Source of the DNA: Eledone cirrhosa | Taxonomy: Eukaryota | DNA: 64,000 nt | Assembly: GCA_964016885.1 (NCBI GenBank) | Contig: OZ024744.1 | Location: 100,440,001 to 100,504,000, forward strand | Reading direction: 5' to 3' | Part shown: positions 12,613 through 26,459 of the stretch, one piece after another | Position numbering within the stretch: the stretch's first letter is position 1 | How the letters are laid out: the number at the start of each line of letters is the position of its first letter | Notes under the pieces: generated by a model | What the model saw: only the letters and a program-made list of their open reading frames with translations | What the model was told of the DNA's origin: nothing | The model's database searches: none | Translations under genes and position numbers: made by a program

Positions 12613-15245
12613 TCATCATCATCATCATCATCTTCGTTTAACGTCCATCTTCCATGCTAGCATGGGTTGGACGGGAGTTGTCCCACTTGAGGCAAGGTAG
12701 GTCGGGTGACCGTGTCTCGCTCATATCTGGCAGGTTTTCTACGGCTGAATGCCCGTCCTAACACCAACCACATTTACAGTGTGGAACTGGGAACTTTTTA
12801 CCATGTTACCTACATTACAGCGTGGACTGTGTTTTTTCGTCGTGACACCTACATGATCTCGATCTCATTATCTCATTTATTTGGACTGAATGTTGTGGTA
12901 CCAACTTTACAGAGAGAGGGTGGTGTTGGTGGGAGTGGGAGGATAGGGTAGGGTTAGTGGATTGGGGTGTATATTTGGTTAAGAGGTGCCTACTGACTGT
13001 AGATTTCGCTTTGTACATAGGCAAGGCGGGTCTTCTGTATTACTGCGTAGTGCCAAAGATCTCAGTCCAGTGACATTGTCTTAGAGAGGTGCAAGTGTGT
13101 AAGGTCGGAATTTATCAAATCGTCCCAGGTTTTTCTGGGCCTACCTACTCCCTAGCTTCCATCAATTTTGATCACCCTGCACTTTTTTATACAGCTGTCG
13201 TCTTTCTTGCGCATCACATGACCATACCAACGTAGTCTTCTCTCAAGTAAACAGCATCTGATCCCTCTTATTCCTAATTTCTCACTTAGTTCATTTATGC
13301 TTTGCCGTTCACGTATATTACTATTACACATCCAACAGAGCATGCATGCTTCGTTCCTTTTCAGTCTGTGCAGGTCCTCTGCACACAATGCCCATGTCTC
13401 ACTGCCATGTAACATTGCTGATCGTATACAGGCATCATACAATCTGCTTTTCGTTTTCAGAGAGAAACCTTTTGTGGCCAACAGTGGTATAAGCTCTCTG
13501 AACTTTTTCCATCCATTCTGACTTTGGCTACTGTACCTTCAGAGCACCCTCCACCACTGCTGATTTTGTCACCCAGGTAACGGAAAGTGTCCACTATTTC
13601 TATAGAACCATCTGGGCAATAGAAGGAGCTAGTATCCTGTGGGCACTTGCTACTTACTGCACCTGAGCATCGGCCACATATAAAATCTACGTTCTTAGAT
13701 AGTTTATCTGTGATCCTACTACATCTTTTATACACCCATACTTTGCATTTGGGACATAAAATGGAATTTCTGCCTACTCCTTTCCTACACACTGAGCATG
13801 GCCATTTCCCAGAGGGCACCTGTGCCCTATTTTCCTTTCTACAAACTGGAACTTTACTCTTAGACAAGTTAACTTTAAGGCCTTTTGATTCTAGGTCATG
13901 CTTCCATGTTTGGAATTTCTTCTCTAGTTCAGCCATAGATTCAGCTATGAGAGTTAGATCATCTACGTATAGGAGTTCCCATGGGCAGCCGGTCTCAAAC
14001 TCCTCTGTTATAACCTGAAGGGCAATAATAAATAGGAAGGGGCTAAGGACAGATCCTTGATGAACACCAACTTTTACACTAAATTCTTCACAATATTCAT
14101 TGTTAATTCTAACCTTACTGACTGTTTCTTTATACATAGTTTGTATAGCTCTCACAAGCCATTCATCTACACCTGGTTTTTTAAGAGCCCACCAGATAAT
14201 GGAGTGGGTGACTCTGTCAAAAGCTTTCTCCAGGTCTACAAAAGCTAAGTAGAGTGGTTTACTTTTAGCTAGGTACTCCTCCTTAGGTTAACTATACGGG
14301 TGACCATAGTATGTCCCACCATTCCAGATGCCATCAACATCTCAGCAACTATCTCCGAAGGCCCAGCTGCCTTGCCTGTCTTCATATCTTTGATTGCCTT
14401 ACTTATTATACTACATTTAACTTGCACCGCTGGTCCTTCTATTGGATCAATTTGGGGCAGACTATCTTTTTCCCATTTATTCTCCTCATTTAATAGTCTC
14501 TCATAGTGACACTTCCAGGCTATTTTCTTATCAGTATCAATGAGGGCAAGTACACCGTTATCATTACGGACACACTTCTCCATGACAATATCACGGTTTT
14601 CCTTGACACATTGTCTAGCAATCCTGAACACCTCATGATTTTGGTCCTCACGTTGTAGAACCTGCTTGAACTTTCTATCCTCTGCTTCCCATTTTGCAAG
14701 GTACACTTGTCTCCTAGCTTCTCTCCTGGCCACTTGTTAGTGTTCTCTACTTCCCCCATTCTGCCATACTTTCCAAGCCTACTTTTTGGCCTTGACTGTC
14801 TCCTCCACCTTACCGTTCCACCACCAAGTTACTCTCCTCCTGCCAATAGGTCTGCTCCAGCCACAGATTTCATCCGTTGCTTTCAGCAGGTTCACTTTCA
14901 AGAATTGCCACTGTTCCTTTATATCGCACGTCTCTAATTGCTCTTCCTTACTGTCAAAAGCATCAAGTAATAAGCTTTTAAATTTATCACTGGCTATGGG
15001 GTCCTTCAACTTCCATATTCTTCTCCTCAAGGTAATCCCCCTCTGTCGTCGAGTATGTCTACTCCTGACTATGACGTCACTAACTACTAGGCTATGTAGG
15101 GAGGTGAATTCTTCACGGGGGAGAGATTTAGTGTTTACAACAGACACTTTGTCACGTCTTCTAGTAAGGATATAATCTATCTGGCTGGCATGTTCCCCTG
15201 ATCTATAGGTGATCAAGTGGTTTTCTCGTTTTTTGAAGTTTGTGT
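12613..15245 (-). mobile_element. RTE-clade LINE, 5'-truncated and frameshifted
   Basis: Endonuclease end SQIDYIL, RT GVHQGSVLSP, YVDD, C-terminal RLRWYGHVMR; (CAT)n tail. Confidence 0.93.
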
Positions 15246-15802
15246 TACAGACATATTTCTTTATTTTCCACAAGGGCGCACAAAAAAAGGGGACAATACA
15301 AAGACACATGCCGGGGATTTTACATACAGTCGTGTAAAAAAAAATATAAAACAAACAATTATAACAATCGAAATCCCCAATAGGGGGGAGACGCCACAAA
15401 TGTCAATAGAATAACACTCAACTTCAGGAGCATGTTGTGCAAGTGCTCCCTTCTTCCTTTTGCTCTCTTCTTTAACTTACAGGCTTATAAACAGAGAAGG
15501 CCCAATCACTCGGGTCATTTTCGCTTCCTTCACCCACCTCTCCACTCTGACTCTTCTTCTAAAGTGATATTCAAAGAAGGGAATCAATTGTTGTCCTCAG
15601 TCCTCTCAATCTCGTCCACATTATAACCTCTTTCACCATAGCCACTGTACAGAAGAAAACCGCTTCTCTTTCATTTTAGAAAGAGGCTGGCGGTTAGTTA
15701 AGTATTAGCGTCACAGAATTCCAGGATTCTGAAGCCCTCTATATATATATATACACATATATTCATAAATATGTATGTATATATATATATATATATATAT
15801 GT

Positions 15803-16196
15803 CATCATCATCATCATTTCATTTTACGTCAGCTTTTTCCCTGCTTGCAAGGGTGGGACGGGAACTGATTCTGGCTTGATTTCTACAGCTGGATGCCCTT
15901 CCTAACACTAACCTCATTTACAGTGAGTGCTGGGTGCTTTTTTGCCGTGGCACCTCCACGTCCACTCTACAGTGAGTGGTGGGTGCTTTTTTGCCGTGGC
16001 ACCTCCATGACCACTTTGCAGTGGAATGATATGGACCCCAGTCCCTATCATCTCATTTCTACAGCTGAGTAAACTGGAGCAATGTGAAATAAAGTGTCTT
16101 GCTCAAGGAAACAACACATTACCCGGTCTGAGAATTGAACTCACAACCTTTCGATTGCAAGGCCAATGCTCTAACCACTAAGCCATGTGCCTCCAT
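15803..16196 (-). mobile_element. tRNA-derived SINE family 2 (full length)
   Basis: Head ggaggcacatggcttagtggttagagc...gagttcaattctc and RTE-like tail; copies at approx. 33135-33580 and 58030-58366. Confidence 0.85.
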
Positions 16197-16225
16197 ATAT
16201 ATATGATTGGGCCTTCTCTGTTTAT

Positions 16226-17907
<1,682 letters not shown>

Positions 17908-18522
17908 TTTGCTTCAGCTTGATCATGCAATAACCCCGCTTCACTTGTGTTTGGCTGGTATTTGTGTGGTGCCTGTCTATATACAGGTTAAGCACCCATG
18001 GTCCACGTAGTTCCGTAACCTACTAGTATACCTTGATTATGTATACTATGAGGAGGAATAAAATCCCCTTTGGGCTTTCTGAAGGTACCTTAGGAGCCTC
18101 TTAGTATTTATATAACTCTAAGTTATGGAGAACTAAATCACCTGTTATATATAGTGACCAACGCATAGCTTCCTCTGGTTTTTTGTGTGCTTTAAATTTT
18201 TTCTTTTTTCTTTTTTAATTTTTGTTATCTCATTATATTATTATTTTCTTTTTACTTTATTATTATATGTTTTAACTATTGATTATACTTTTTGCTTTTG
18301 TATGCCCTCACGTACTTCTGCATCTTGTGAAAAAATCTGCCTGTACCCTAGCATTTAGCTGTAGTGCTGAATAACAACCCCACTATGCACTCTCTCCATA
18401 CTCGCCATTTCCGATCTCCCTCTTGTTACCCTCTATTGTATTTCTAATGTTCATGTATTTCTAATGTTCATGTGACTAAGCTTGGTAGAGCTTATACTCA
18501 GCACTGTATTTTTGTTTATAAA

Positions 18523-18567
18523 GCTCTGATGATTCCTGCGCCGCGGTATGGATGAAACATTGTCAGC
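18523..18567 (+). ncRNA. Minimal type I hammerhead ribozyme motif (family C)
   Basis: GCT-CTGATGA-TTCC...GGAT-GAAA-CATTG-TC-AGC followed by AATAAA and (TA)n at the end of a roughly 1-kb module (17597-18615). Confidence 0.65.
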
Positions 18568-18639
18568 AAATAAAAATTGTATGCGTATGTTGGCGTTCTT
18601 TGATTTCTTTTACATATATATATATATGTATGTATATAT

Positions 18640-19110
18640 GTGTATATGTGTATGTAAAAAAGTAGTAGGCATAAACTCCATACAATGTACCCAATGTAAA
18701 TCTTGGGCACACAAAAGATGTAGTGGGATAATGAATAAAACAAAGGAAAGAAAACTTTTCCTGTAGGAGATGCACAGGTGTAACCGAGCGGAAGAGCATT
18801 AGTGATATAAACCCTTTTCCAGTCATAGGAAGGGTCCATAGAAGTGGTTGATAGCTTCTGCTACCTAGGTGACCTAATTAGTAGTGGAGTAGGGTGTGCC
18901 GAGAGTATAATAGCTAGAGTAAGGATAGGATAGAAAAAGTTCAGAGAACTACTCCCACTGTTGACAACTAAAGGTTTATCCCTACATACAAAAGGACAAC
19001 TATATGATGCCTGTGTGTGAAGTGCAATGCTGCATAGTAGTGAAACATGGGCTGTGACTGCAGAGGATATGCATAGGGTGGAGAGAAATGAAGCAACCAT
19101 GCTTTGTTGT
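18640..19110 (+). mobile_element. Degraded RTE LINE fragment
   Basis: C..CKKVVGINSIQCTQCKSWAHKRCSG; SFCYLGD; LH.SETWA. Confidence 0.8.
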
Positions 19111-19134
19111 AAATGGAGCCTGTTTTAATAATTT

Positions 19135-20020
19135 TGCCGAAAATATCTAAAAACAGGTTTGTTAATTCAAATGTTTATAGTATCTTTACTGGTAGACAGA
19201 TTGTTGTGGAAATTTGCAGTATTATCTCTTAACATCCTGTAATGATTTAGCAGAAAATATCTAAAAACAGGTTTGTTAATTCAAATGTTTATAGTATCTT
19301 TACTGGTAGACAGATTATTGTGAAAATTTGAAGTATTATCTCTTAACATCCTGTAATGATTTAGCAGAAAATATCTAAAAACAGGTTTGTTAATTCAAAT
19401 GTTTATAGTATATTTACTGATGGACAGATTATTGTGAAAATTTGAAGTATTATCTCTTAACATCCTGTAATGATTTAGCAGAAAATATCTAAAAACAGGT
19501 TTGTTAATTCAAATGTTTATAGTATCTTTACTGGTAGACAGATTATTGTGAAAATTTGAAGTATTATCTCTTAACATCCTGTAATGATTTAGCAGAAAAT
19601 ATCTAAAAACAGGTTTGTTAATTCAAATGTTTATAGTATCTTTACTGGTGGACAGATTATTGTGAATATTTGAAGTATTATCTCTTAACATCCTGTAATG
19701 ATTTAGCAGAAAATATCTAAAAACAGGTTTGTTAATTCAAATGTTTATAGTATCTTTACTGGTGGACAGATTATTGTGAACATTTGAAGTATTATCTCTT
19801 AACATCCTGTAATGATTTAGCAGAAAATATCTAAAAACAGGTTTGTTAATTCAAATGTTTATAGTATCTTTACTGGTAGACAGATTATTGTGAAAATTTG
19901 AAGTATTATCTCTTAACATCCTGTAATGATTTAGCAGAAAATATCTAAAAACAGGTTTGTTAATTCAAATGTTTATAGTATCTTTACTGGTAGACAGATT
20001 GTTGTGGAAATTTATAATAT
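19135..20020. repeat. 114-bp tandem array (about 8 units)
   Basis: aaatatctaaaaacaggtttgttaattcaaatgtttatagtatctttactgg... at 19141, 19255 ... 19939; relatives at approx. 9370-9620 and 53040-53790. Confidence 0.95.
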
Positions 20021-20289
20021 TAGGGCAACAACTTTATTTACAGTATTAGAATAAAAAAACCTTTACTATTTAATATCATAATGTTGTTAAGATGTCTTGC
20101 TAATGTGGTTTCATGTGGTACAGGATATTAAGAGTTAATCACAGACTGCAGTAGTTGTTTAGCCCCAGGAAAGCATTGATTGAGAAGACCTATGAGGAAG
20201 GAAAGGCACTCCTACCATGGCCATCCTGATTTTTCTTCAGACTGTGTATTTAGGGTTATATCATCCAAATTGTTCCCACACCTTTCTCA

Positions 20290-20388
20290 TGCTCTCTCTC
20301 TCTCTCTCTCTCTCTCACCCACACATTTTCTCTCTCTCTCTCACGCACATACACACACATTTTCTCTCTCTCACATACTCTCACTCTT

Positions 20389-20442
<54 letters not shown>

Positions 20443-21505
20443 CACACACACACATACCCTTACTCTTTTATAAAACAGTAGTATATGACATTGAGGGGGA
20501 TTTGGCTACTATTTCTAGCATGCTGAAAAGCCACATATAGGCTTCCTTGTATGGAAGTTAAATATTTCAAGTATCACTTATCACCTAAAACATGTACCCC
20601 TTCTTTCTTCCCCAACCTCGTTATCAACACTGCTACCACTACTATCCATGTGAAAACTAACCCCACCACCTCCTCTACCACTAACACCACCACCACCACA
20701 ACCACAACCACCACTAACACCACCACCACTACCACTACCACCACCACAACATCATCACCGCCCCAGCCACCTCCACCACCACCACTGCCACCACCACCAC
20801 CACCACCACCACCACTAACACCACTAACACACCACCACCACCACTAACACCAACACCACCACCACTAACACCACTAACACCAACTACACCACCACCACCA
20901 CCACCACCACCACTAACACCACCACCACCAATAACACCACTAACACCAACTCCACCACCATCTATCTGTTACTAACTTAACCACAAAACACCCTCCCCCC
21001 CACCACCACCACTAACACCACCACCACCACCACCATCTATCTGTTACTAACTTAACCACATAACCCCCCCCCACCACCACCACCACCAATAACACCACCA
21101 CCACCACCACCACTAACACCACCACCACCAATAACACTACTAACACCACTAACACCAACACCACCACCACCACCACCACCACTAACACCACCACCACCAC
21201 CACCATCTATCTGTTACTAACTTAACCACATAACACTTGATGTCACCAGACAGCCTTATACAGCTTACTGTCTGTCTACTGTCAATATTTCAACCTGCAC
21301 CAATCTCCATTAACACTCTACACCACATCTACACCAACCATAAAACATCCCCCACCACCACCACCACCACCACCTGTGATATATATATCATATAGTCTAT
21401 CTCTCTCTTTCTCTCTCTCTCATCCCCCACCACCACCTGTGATATGCATCATATAGTTTCTCACTCTCTCTCATCCCCCACCACCACCTGTGATATATAT
21501 ATCAT

Positions 21506-21552
<47 letters not shown>

Positions 21553-21633
21553 CCCCACCACCACCTGTGATATACATCATATAGTTTCTCTCTCTCTCTC
21601 ATCCCCCACCACCACCTGTGATATATATATCAT

Positions 21634-21668
<35 letters not shown>

Positions 21669-21875
21669 CCCCACCACCACCTGTGATATACATCATATAG
21701 TTTCTCTCTCTCTCATCCCCCACCACCACCTGTGATATACATCATATAGTTTCTCTCTCTCTCTCATCCCCCACCACCACCACCTGTGATATACATCATA
21801 TAGTTTCTCTCTCTCTCTCATCCCCCACCACCACCTGTGATATATATCATATAGTCTATCTCTTTCTCTCTCTGT
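20290..21875. repeat. Compound microsatellite region: (CT)n, (CAC)n and repeated catcccccaccaccacctgtgatata blocks
   Basis: Direct inspection. Confidence 0.9.
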
Positions 21876-21927
21876 GAACGTAAGCATGTCTATATACATG
21901 TGTATATGCACAGGTGTATGTGTGTAT

Positions 21928-21959
<32 letters not shown>

Positions 21960-22000
21960 CGATATTAACAAATGGAAACTATATTTATAAAACCATATTT

Positions 22001-22063
22001 ATTTTATTATACATATTTCAAGGATACCAAGTTAAATTATGGTGTGCCTTCATCAGACAAAAT
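22001..22063 (-). ncRNA. Type I hammerhead ribozyme motif (family A)
   Basis: ATTTTGT-CTGATGA-AGG C ACACC...GGTAT C CTT-GAAA-TATGTA-TA-ATAAAAT. Confidence 0.75.
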
Positions 22064-22157
22064 ACAATATATACCAGTTTTATAAATAAACATTGACGTA
22101 CCCTTTCAAAATGCGACCCTTACTTTTGGAAGACATCAGGATACTGGTATATATTGT

Positions 22158-22220
22158 ATTTTGTCTGATGAAGGCATACCATAATTTAACTTGGTATCCT
22201 TGAAATATGTATAATGAAAT
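22158..22220 (+). ncRNA. Type I hammerhead ribozyme motif (family A), inverted partner of 22001-22063
   Basis: ATTTTGT-CTGATGA-AGG C ATACC...GGTAT C CTT-GAAA-TATGTA-TA-ATGAAAT. Confidence 0.75.
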
Positions 22221-22848
22221 AAATATGGTTTTATAAATATAGTTTCCATTTGTTAATATCGTATATCTACTCCAAATACTTGTCGAGTGCTTTATATCAG
22301 TTATAAAAATATTTACTTGTTGTATCCCAACAATTTTAAATAGAACTTTTGCATATATATATATATATTATCATAATTGTTTCTACTTTAGGCACAAGGC
22401 CAGCAATTAGCCAGTACATTACTGGTACTTTATTTTATCGACCCCGTAAGGATGAAAGGCAAAGTCAATTTTTCCTAGTTACCAGTAATTTACGTAAAGT
22501 TGTAAAAGAAAAGAATCTCCTGTGTCAACAACAAAGATCTAAGAAGATAAACCTGTTATTATTGACCCAGGAGTTCTTTGTGGCTCACTGACAACACATA
22601 TTTAGAAAAGTAGATGATATGGAGCTGACTGGAGAGAGAGAGGGAGAGAGAGAGAGAGTGTGTGTGTCACACATTATATATATATATAAGCAATGAGTTA
22701 TTTAATTTGTTGATTATTCAACAAATTTAATTTATAACAGATTAGAAGCACTCTACAGAATTTCTTCTGGAGTATAATATCAATAATATTAATAAATGGA
22801 AACTATCTTTATAAAACCATATTTATTTTATTATATATATTTTTCAAG

Positions 22849-25113
22849 CATGTTCTACAACGCGATGACCAAAAACGTGAGGTGTTCAGGATTGCTAGGC
22901 AATGCGTCAAGGAAAACCGTGATATTGTCGGGGAGAAGTGTGTACTTAACGATGATGGCATACTTGCCATCACCGACACTGATAAGAAGGTAGCTTGGAA
23001 GTGTCACTATGAAAGGCTACTAAATGAGGAGAATAAATGGGAGAAAGACAGTCTCCCCCATATCGACCCAATAGAGGGACCAGCAGTGTTAGTCGAGGGG
23101 AGTATAATAAGTAAGGCAATCAAGGATATGAAGACGGGTAAGGCGGCTGGGCCTTCGGAAATAGTTGCTGAGATGCTGAAGGCATCTGGCACGGTGGGAC
23201 ACACCATGGTCACCCGCATAGTTAACCAAGTTGTACAGAATGGGGTTGTTCCGAAGGACTGGCATAGCAGCATCATCGTTAACTGTTATAAGGGTAAAAG
23301 AGACGCCCTACATAGGAGTAGCTATAGAGGCATTAAATTAATCGACCAGGTCATGAAGGTCACGGAAAAAGTAATAGCGCAACTAATCAGAGAGAGAATT
23401 GACCTAGATGAAATGCAGTTCGGGTTTGTGTCAGGCAAAAGCACCACAGACGCTCTTTTCATAGTACGACAACTACAGGAGAAGTACCTAGCTAAAGGTA
23501 AACCCCTCTACTTAGCTTTTGTCGACCTGGAGAAAGCCTTCGACAGAGTCCCCCGCTCCATTATCTGGTGGGCTCTTAGAAAACTAGGCGTTGACGAATG
23601 GCTTGTGAGGGCTATACAAGCCATGTATAAAGAAACAGTCAGCAAGGTTAGAATTAACAACGAATATAGTGAAGAGTTTAGCGTAAAAGTTGGCGTCCAT
23701 CAGGGCTCTGTTCTCAGCCCCCTACTATTTATTATTGCCCTTCAGGCTATAACAGAGGAGTTCAAGACAGGCTGCCCATGGGAACTCCTATACGCAGACG
23801 ACCTGACACTCATAGCGGAATCAATGGCCGAGCTAGAGAAGAAATTCCAAACATGGAAGCACGGCCTAGAGTCAAAAGGACTTAAAATTAACCTGGCTAA
23901 GACCAAAGTTCTAGTTTGTAGGAAAGAAAACAAGGCGGCGGTCCCTTCTGGGAAATGGTCGTGCTCGGTGTGTAGGAAAGGCGTAGGTAGAAACTCCATT
24001 TTATGTCCTAAATGCAAAGTATGGGTGCATAAAAGATGTAGTGGGATCACAGGTAAGCTAACTAAGAACATAGATTTTACATGTGGCCGGTGTTCTGGTG
24101 CAATAAGTAGCAGCAAGTGCCCACAAAATACTAGCTCTTTCAATTGCGCAGAGGGTTCTATAGAAATAGTGGACAGCTTCCGTTACATGGGCGATAAAAT
24201 CAGCAGTGGGGGAGGGTGCTCTGAAAGTACTGTAGCTAGAGTCAGAACTGGTTGGAAAAAGTTCAGAGAGCTTATACCACTATTAGCTGCTAAAGGGTTC
24301 TCCCTAAAAATGAAAGGCAGGTTGTACGATGCCTGCATACGAACAGCAATATTGCATGGCAGTGAGACCTGGGCATTGTGTGCAGAGGATATACGCAGAC
24401 TAGAGAGGAACGAAGCTTGCATGCTCCGCTGGATGTGTAACAGTAATATACGTGAACGGCAAAGCATAAACGAACTAAGGAAAAAATTAGAGATAAGAGG
24501 GATCAGATGTTGTTTACTCGAGAGAAGGCTACGTTGGTATGGACACGTGATGCGCATGAAAGTCGATAACTGTATAACAAAGTGCAGGGCAATAAAGATA
24601 GACGGTAGCCACGGAATAGGCAGACCTAGAAAAACCTGGGACGAGCTGATAAACTCCGACCTCACACACTTACACCTCTCCAAGACAATGTCACTGGACC
24701 GAGACCTTTGGCGGTACTCAGTAACAGAGAAGACCCGCCTTGCCAGTAGGCATCTCTAACAAAATACACCCCGTCCCGCCACCACCCCCCACCCCATCCA
24801 CACCACCCCGTTCTATGTAAAGTTATGTTGGTGCCGCGCCATCCAGGCCGAAACAAATGAGATCGTGTAGGTGTCACGACAAAAAAACACACAGTCCACG
24901 CTGTAATGTGGCCGTGTAGGCAACACGGTAAAAACCTCCCAGACCCACACTGTAAATGTGGTTGGTGTTAGGAAGGGCATCCAACTGTAGAAAACCTGCC
25001 AGACAGTCCTATGCGAGCAAGACAAATCACTCTTGCCTCAAGTGGGACTACCCCCGTCCAAACCCATGCAAGCGTGGAACACGGACGTTAAACGTTGATG
25101 ATGATGATGATGA
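22849..25113 (+). mobile_element. Young 5'-truncated RTE-clade LINE
   Basis: Uninterrupted RT ORF, 3' UTR and (GAT)n tail. Confidence 0.95.
22882..24759 (+). CDS. RTE LINE reverse transcriptase (625 aa, N-truncated, no endonuclease) with PHD-like insert
   Basis: YRGIKL, QFGF, FVDLEKAFDRV, GVHQGSVLSP, YADD, FRYMG; insert CSVC-x10-CPKC-xxWVH-xx-C-x14-CGRC. Confidence 0.92.
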   Translation: MFRIARQCVKENRDIVGEKCVLNDDGILAITDTDKKVAWKCHYERLLNEENKWEKDSLPHIDPIEGPAVLVEGSIISKAIKDMKTGKAAGPSEIVAEMLKASGTVGHTMVTRIVNQVVQNGVVPKDWHSSIIVNCYKGKRDALHRSSYRGIKLIDQVMKVTEKVIAQLIRERIDLDEMQFGFVSGKSTTDALFIVRQLQEKYLAKGKPLYLAFVDLEKAFDRVPRSIIWWALRKLGVDEWLVRAIQAMYKETVSKVRINNEYSEEFSVKVGVHQGSVLSPLLFIIALQAITEEFKTGCPWELLYADDLTLIAESMAELEKKFQTWKHGLESKGLKINLAKTKVLVCRKENKAAVPSGKWSCSVCRKGVGRNSILCPKCKVWVHKRCSGITGKLTKNIDFTCGRCSGAISSSKCPQNTSSFNCAEGSIEIVDSFRYMGDKISSGGGCSESTVARVRTGWKKFRELIPLLAAKGFSLKMKGRLYDACIRTAILHGSETWALCAEDIRRLERNEACMLRWMCNSNIRERQSINELRKKLEIRGIRCCLLERRLRWYGHVMRMKVDNCITKCRAIKIDGSHGIGRPRKTWDELINSDLTHLHLSKTMSLDRDLWRYSVTEKTRLASRHL

Positions 25114-25303
25114 TTTCAAGGCGGTGGATTGGCAGTATCGGTGGAGGGTCGGACACCATGCTTTCCACCGTAATTACGTCCCTTTACGATCTGAGTTCAA
25201 ATCCCGCCGAGGTTGACTTTGCCTTTCATCCTTACGGGGTCGATAAAATAAAGTACCAGTAATGCACTGGATAATTGCTGGCCTTGTGCCTAAAGTAGAA
25301 ACA

Positions 25304-25356
25304 ATTATATATATTTCAAGGGTACCAAAATGTTGGTACGCTCTCATCAGATAAAA
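25304..25356 (-). ncRNA. Hammerhead motif (family A) with stem I broken by a LINE/SINE insertion
   Basis: TTTTAT-CTGATGA-GAG C GTACCAA CATT TTGGTAC C CTT-GAAA-TATATA-TA-AT; the rest of the module resumes below 22848. Confidence 0.65.
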
Positions 25357-25629
25357 TACAAAAGTTGGTTTACAGACAGTGACATATTCAGACAAGAACA
25401 TAATTGTTTCTACTTTTGGCACAAGGCCAGCAATTACCCCAGTGTATTACTGGTACTTTATTTTATCGACCCTCGTAAGGATGAAAGGCAAAGTTAACCT
25501 CGGCGGGATTTGAACTCAGATCATAAAGAGACGTAACTATGTCGGAAAGCATGGCGTCCAAATTATAATAATAATTAAAGTTTAAGCAAAGAATCGCTGC
25601 TTTATATATATAACTCACAACATTATGTT

Positions 25630-26355
25630 GGTGGATTGGCAGTATCGGTAGAGGGTTGGACGCCATGATAGGGTGGTGGATTGGCAGTATCGGTAGAGGG
25701 TTGGACGCCATACTAGGGTGGTGGATTGGCAGTATTGGTAGAGGGTTGGACGCCATGCTAGGGTGGTGGATTGGCAGTATCGGTAGAGGGTTGGACGCCA
25801 TGCTAGGGTGGTGGATTGGCAGTATTGGTAGAGGGTTGGACGCCATGCTAGGGTGGTGGATTGGCAGTATTGGTAGAGGGTTGGACGCCATGCTAGGGTG
25901 GTGGATTGGCAGTATTGGTAGAGGGTTGGACGCCATGCTAGGGTGGTGGATTGGCAGTATCGGTAGAGGGTTGGACGCCATACTAGGGTGGTGGATTGGC
26001 AGTATCGGTAGAGGGTTGGACGCCATGCTAGGGTGGTGGATTGGCAGTATTGGTAGAGGGTTGGACGCCATGCTAGGGTGGTGGATTGGCAGTATCGGTA
26101 GAGGGTTGGACGCCATGCTAGGGTGGTGGATTGGCAGTATCGGTAGAGGGTTGGACGCCATGCTAGGGTGGTGGATTGGCAGTATCGGTAGAGGGTTGGA
26201 CGCCATGCTTTCTAGCATAGTTACGTCCCTTTACGTTCTGAGTTCAAATTCCGCCGAGGTTGACTTTGCCTTTTATCCTTACGGGGGTCGATAAAATAAA
26301 GTACCAGTAATATACTGGAGTAATTGCTGGCCTTGTGCCAAAAGTAGAAACAGTT
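25630..26355 (+). repeat. 13 tandem 45-bp copies of the SINE family 1 head, followed by one SINE body
   Basis: Unit ggtggattggcagtatcggtagagggttggacgccatgctagggt; last unit runs into B box GAGTTCAAATTCC. Confidence 0.95.
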
Positions 26356-26398
26356 ATGTTCTTGTCTGAATATGTCACTGTCTGTAAACCAACTTTTG

Positions 26399-26459
26399 TA
26401 TTTTATCTGATGAGAGCGTACCAACATTTTAGTACCCTTGAAATATATATAATAAAATA
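26399..26459 (+). ncRNA. Type I hammerhead ribozyme motif (family A)
   Basis: TATTTTAT-CTGATGA-GAG C GTAC...GTAC C CTT-GAAA-TATATA-TA-ATAAAATA. Confidence 0.75.

Noticed and set aside
16120-16196. tRNA gene (also at other SINE heads)
   Set aside because: A/B boxes run directly into SINE body and tail in multiple dispersed copies; no complete cloverleaf evident
25463-26294. 251-aa and 212-aa repetitive ORFs on both strands
   Set aside because: By-product of a stop-free 45-bp repeat of a SINE head; no splice or homology support
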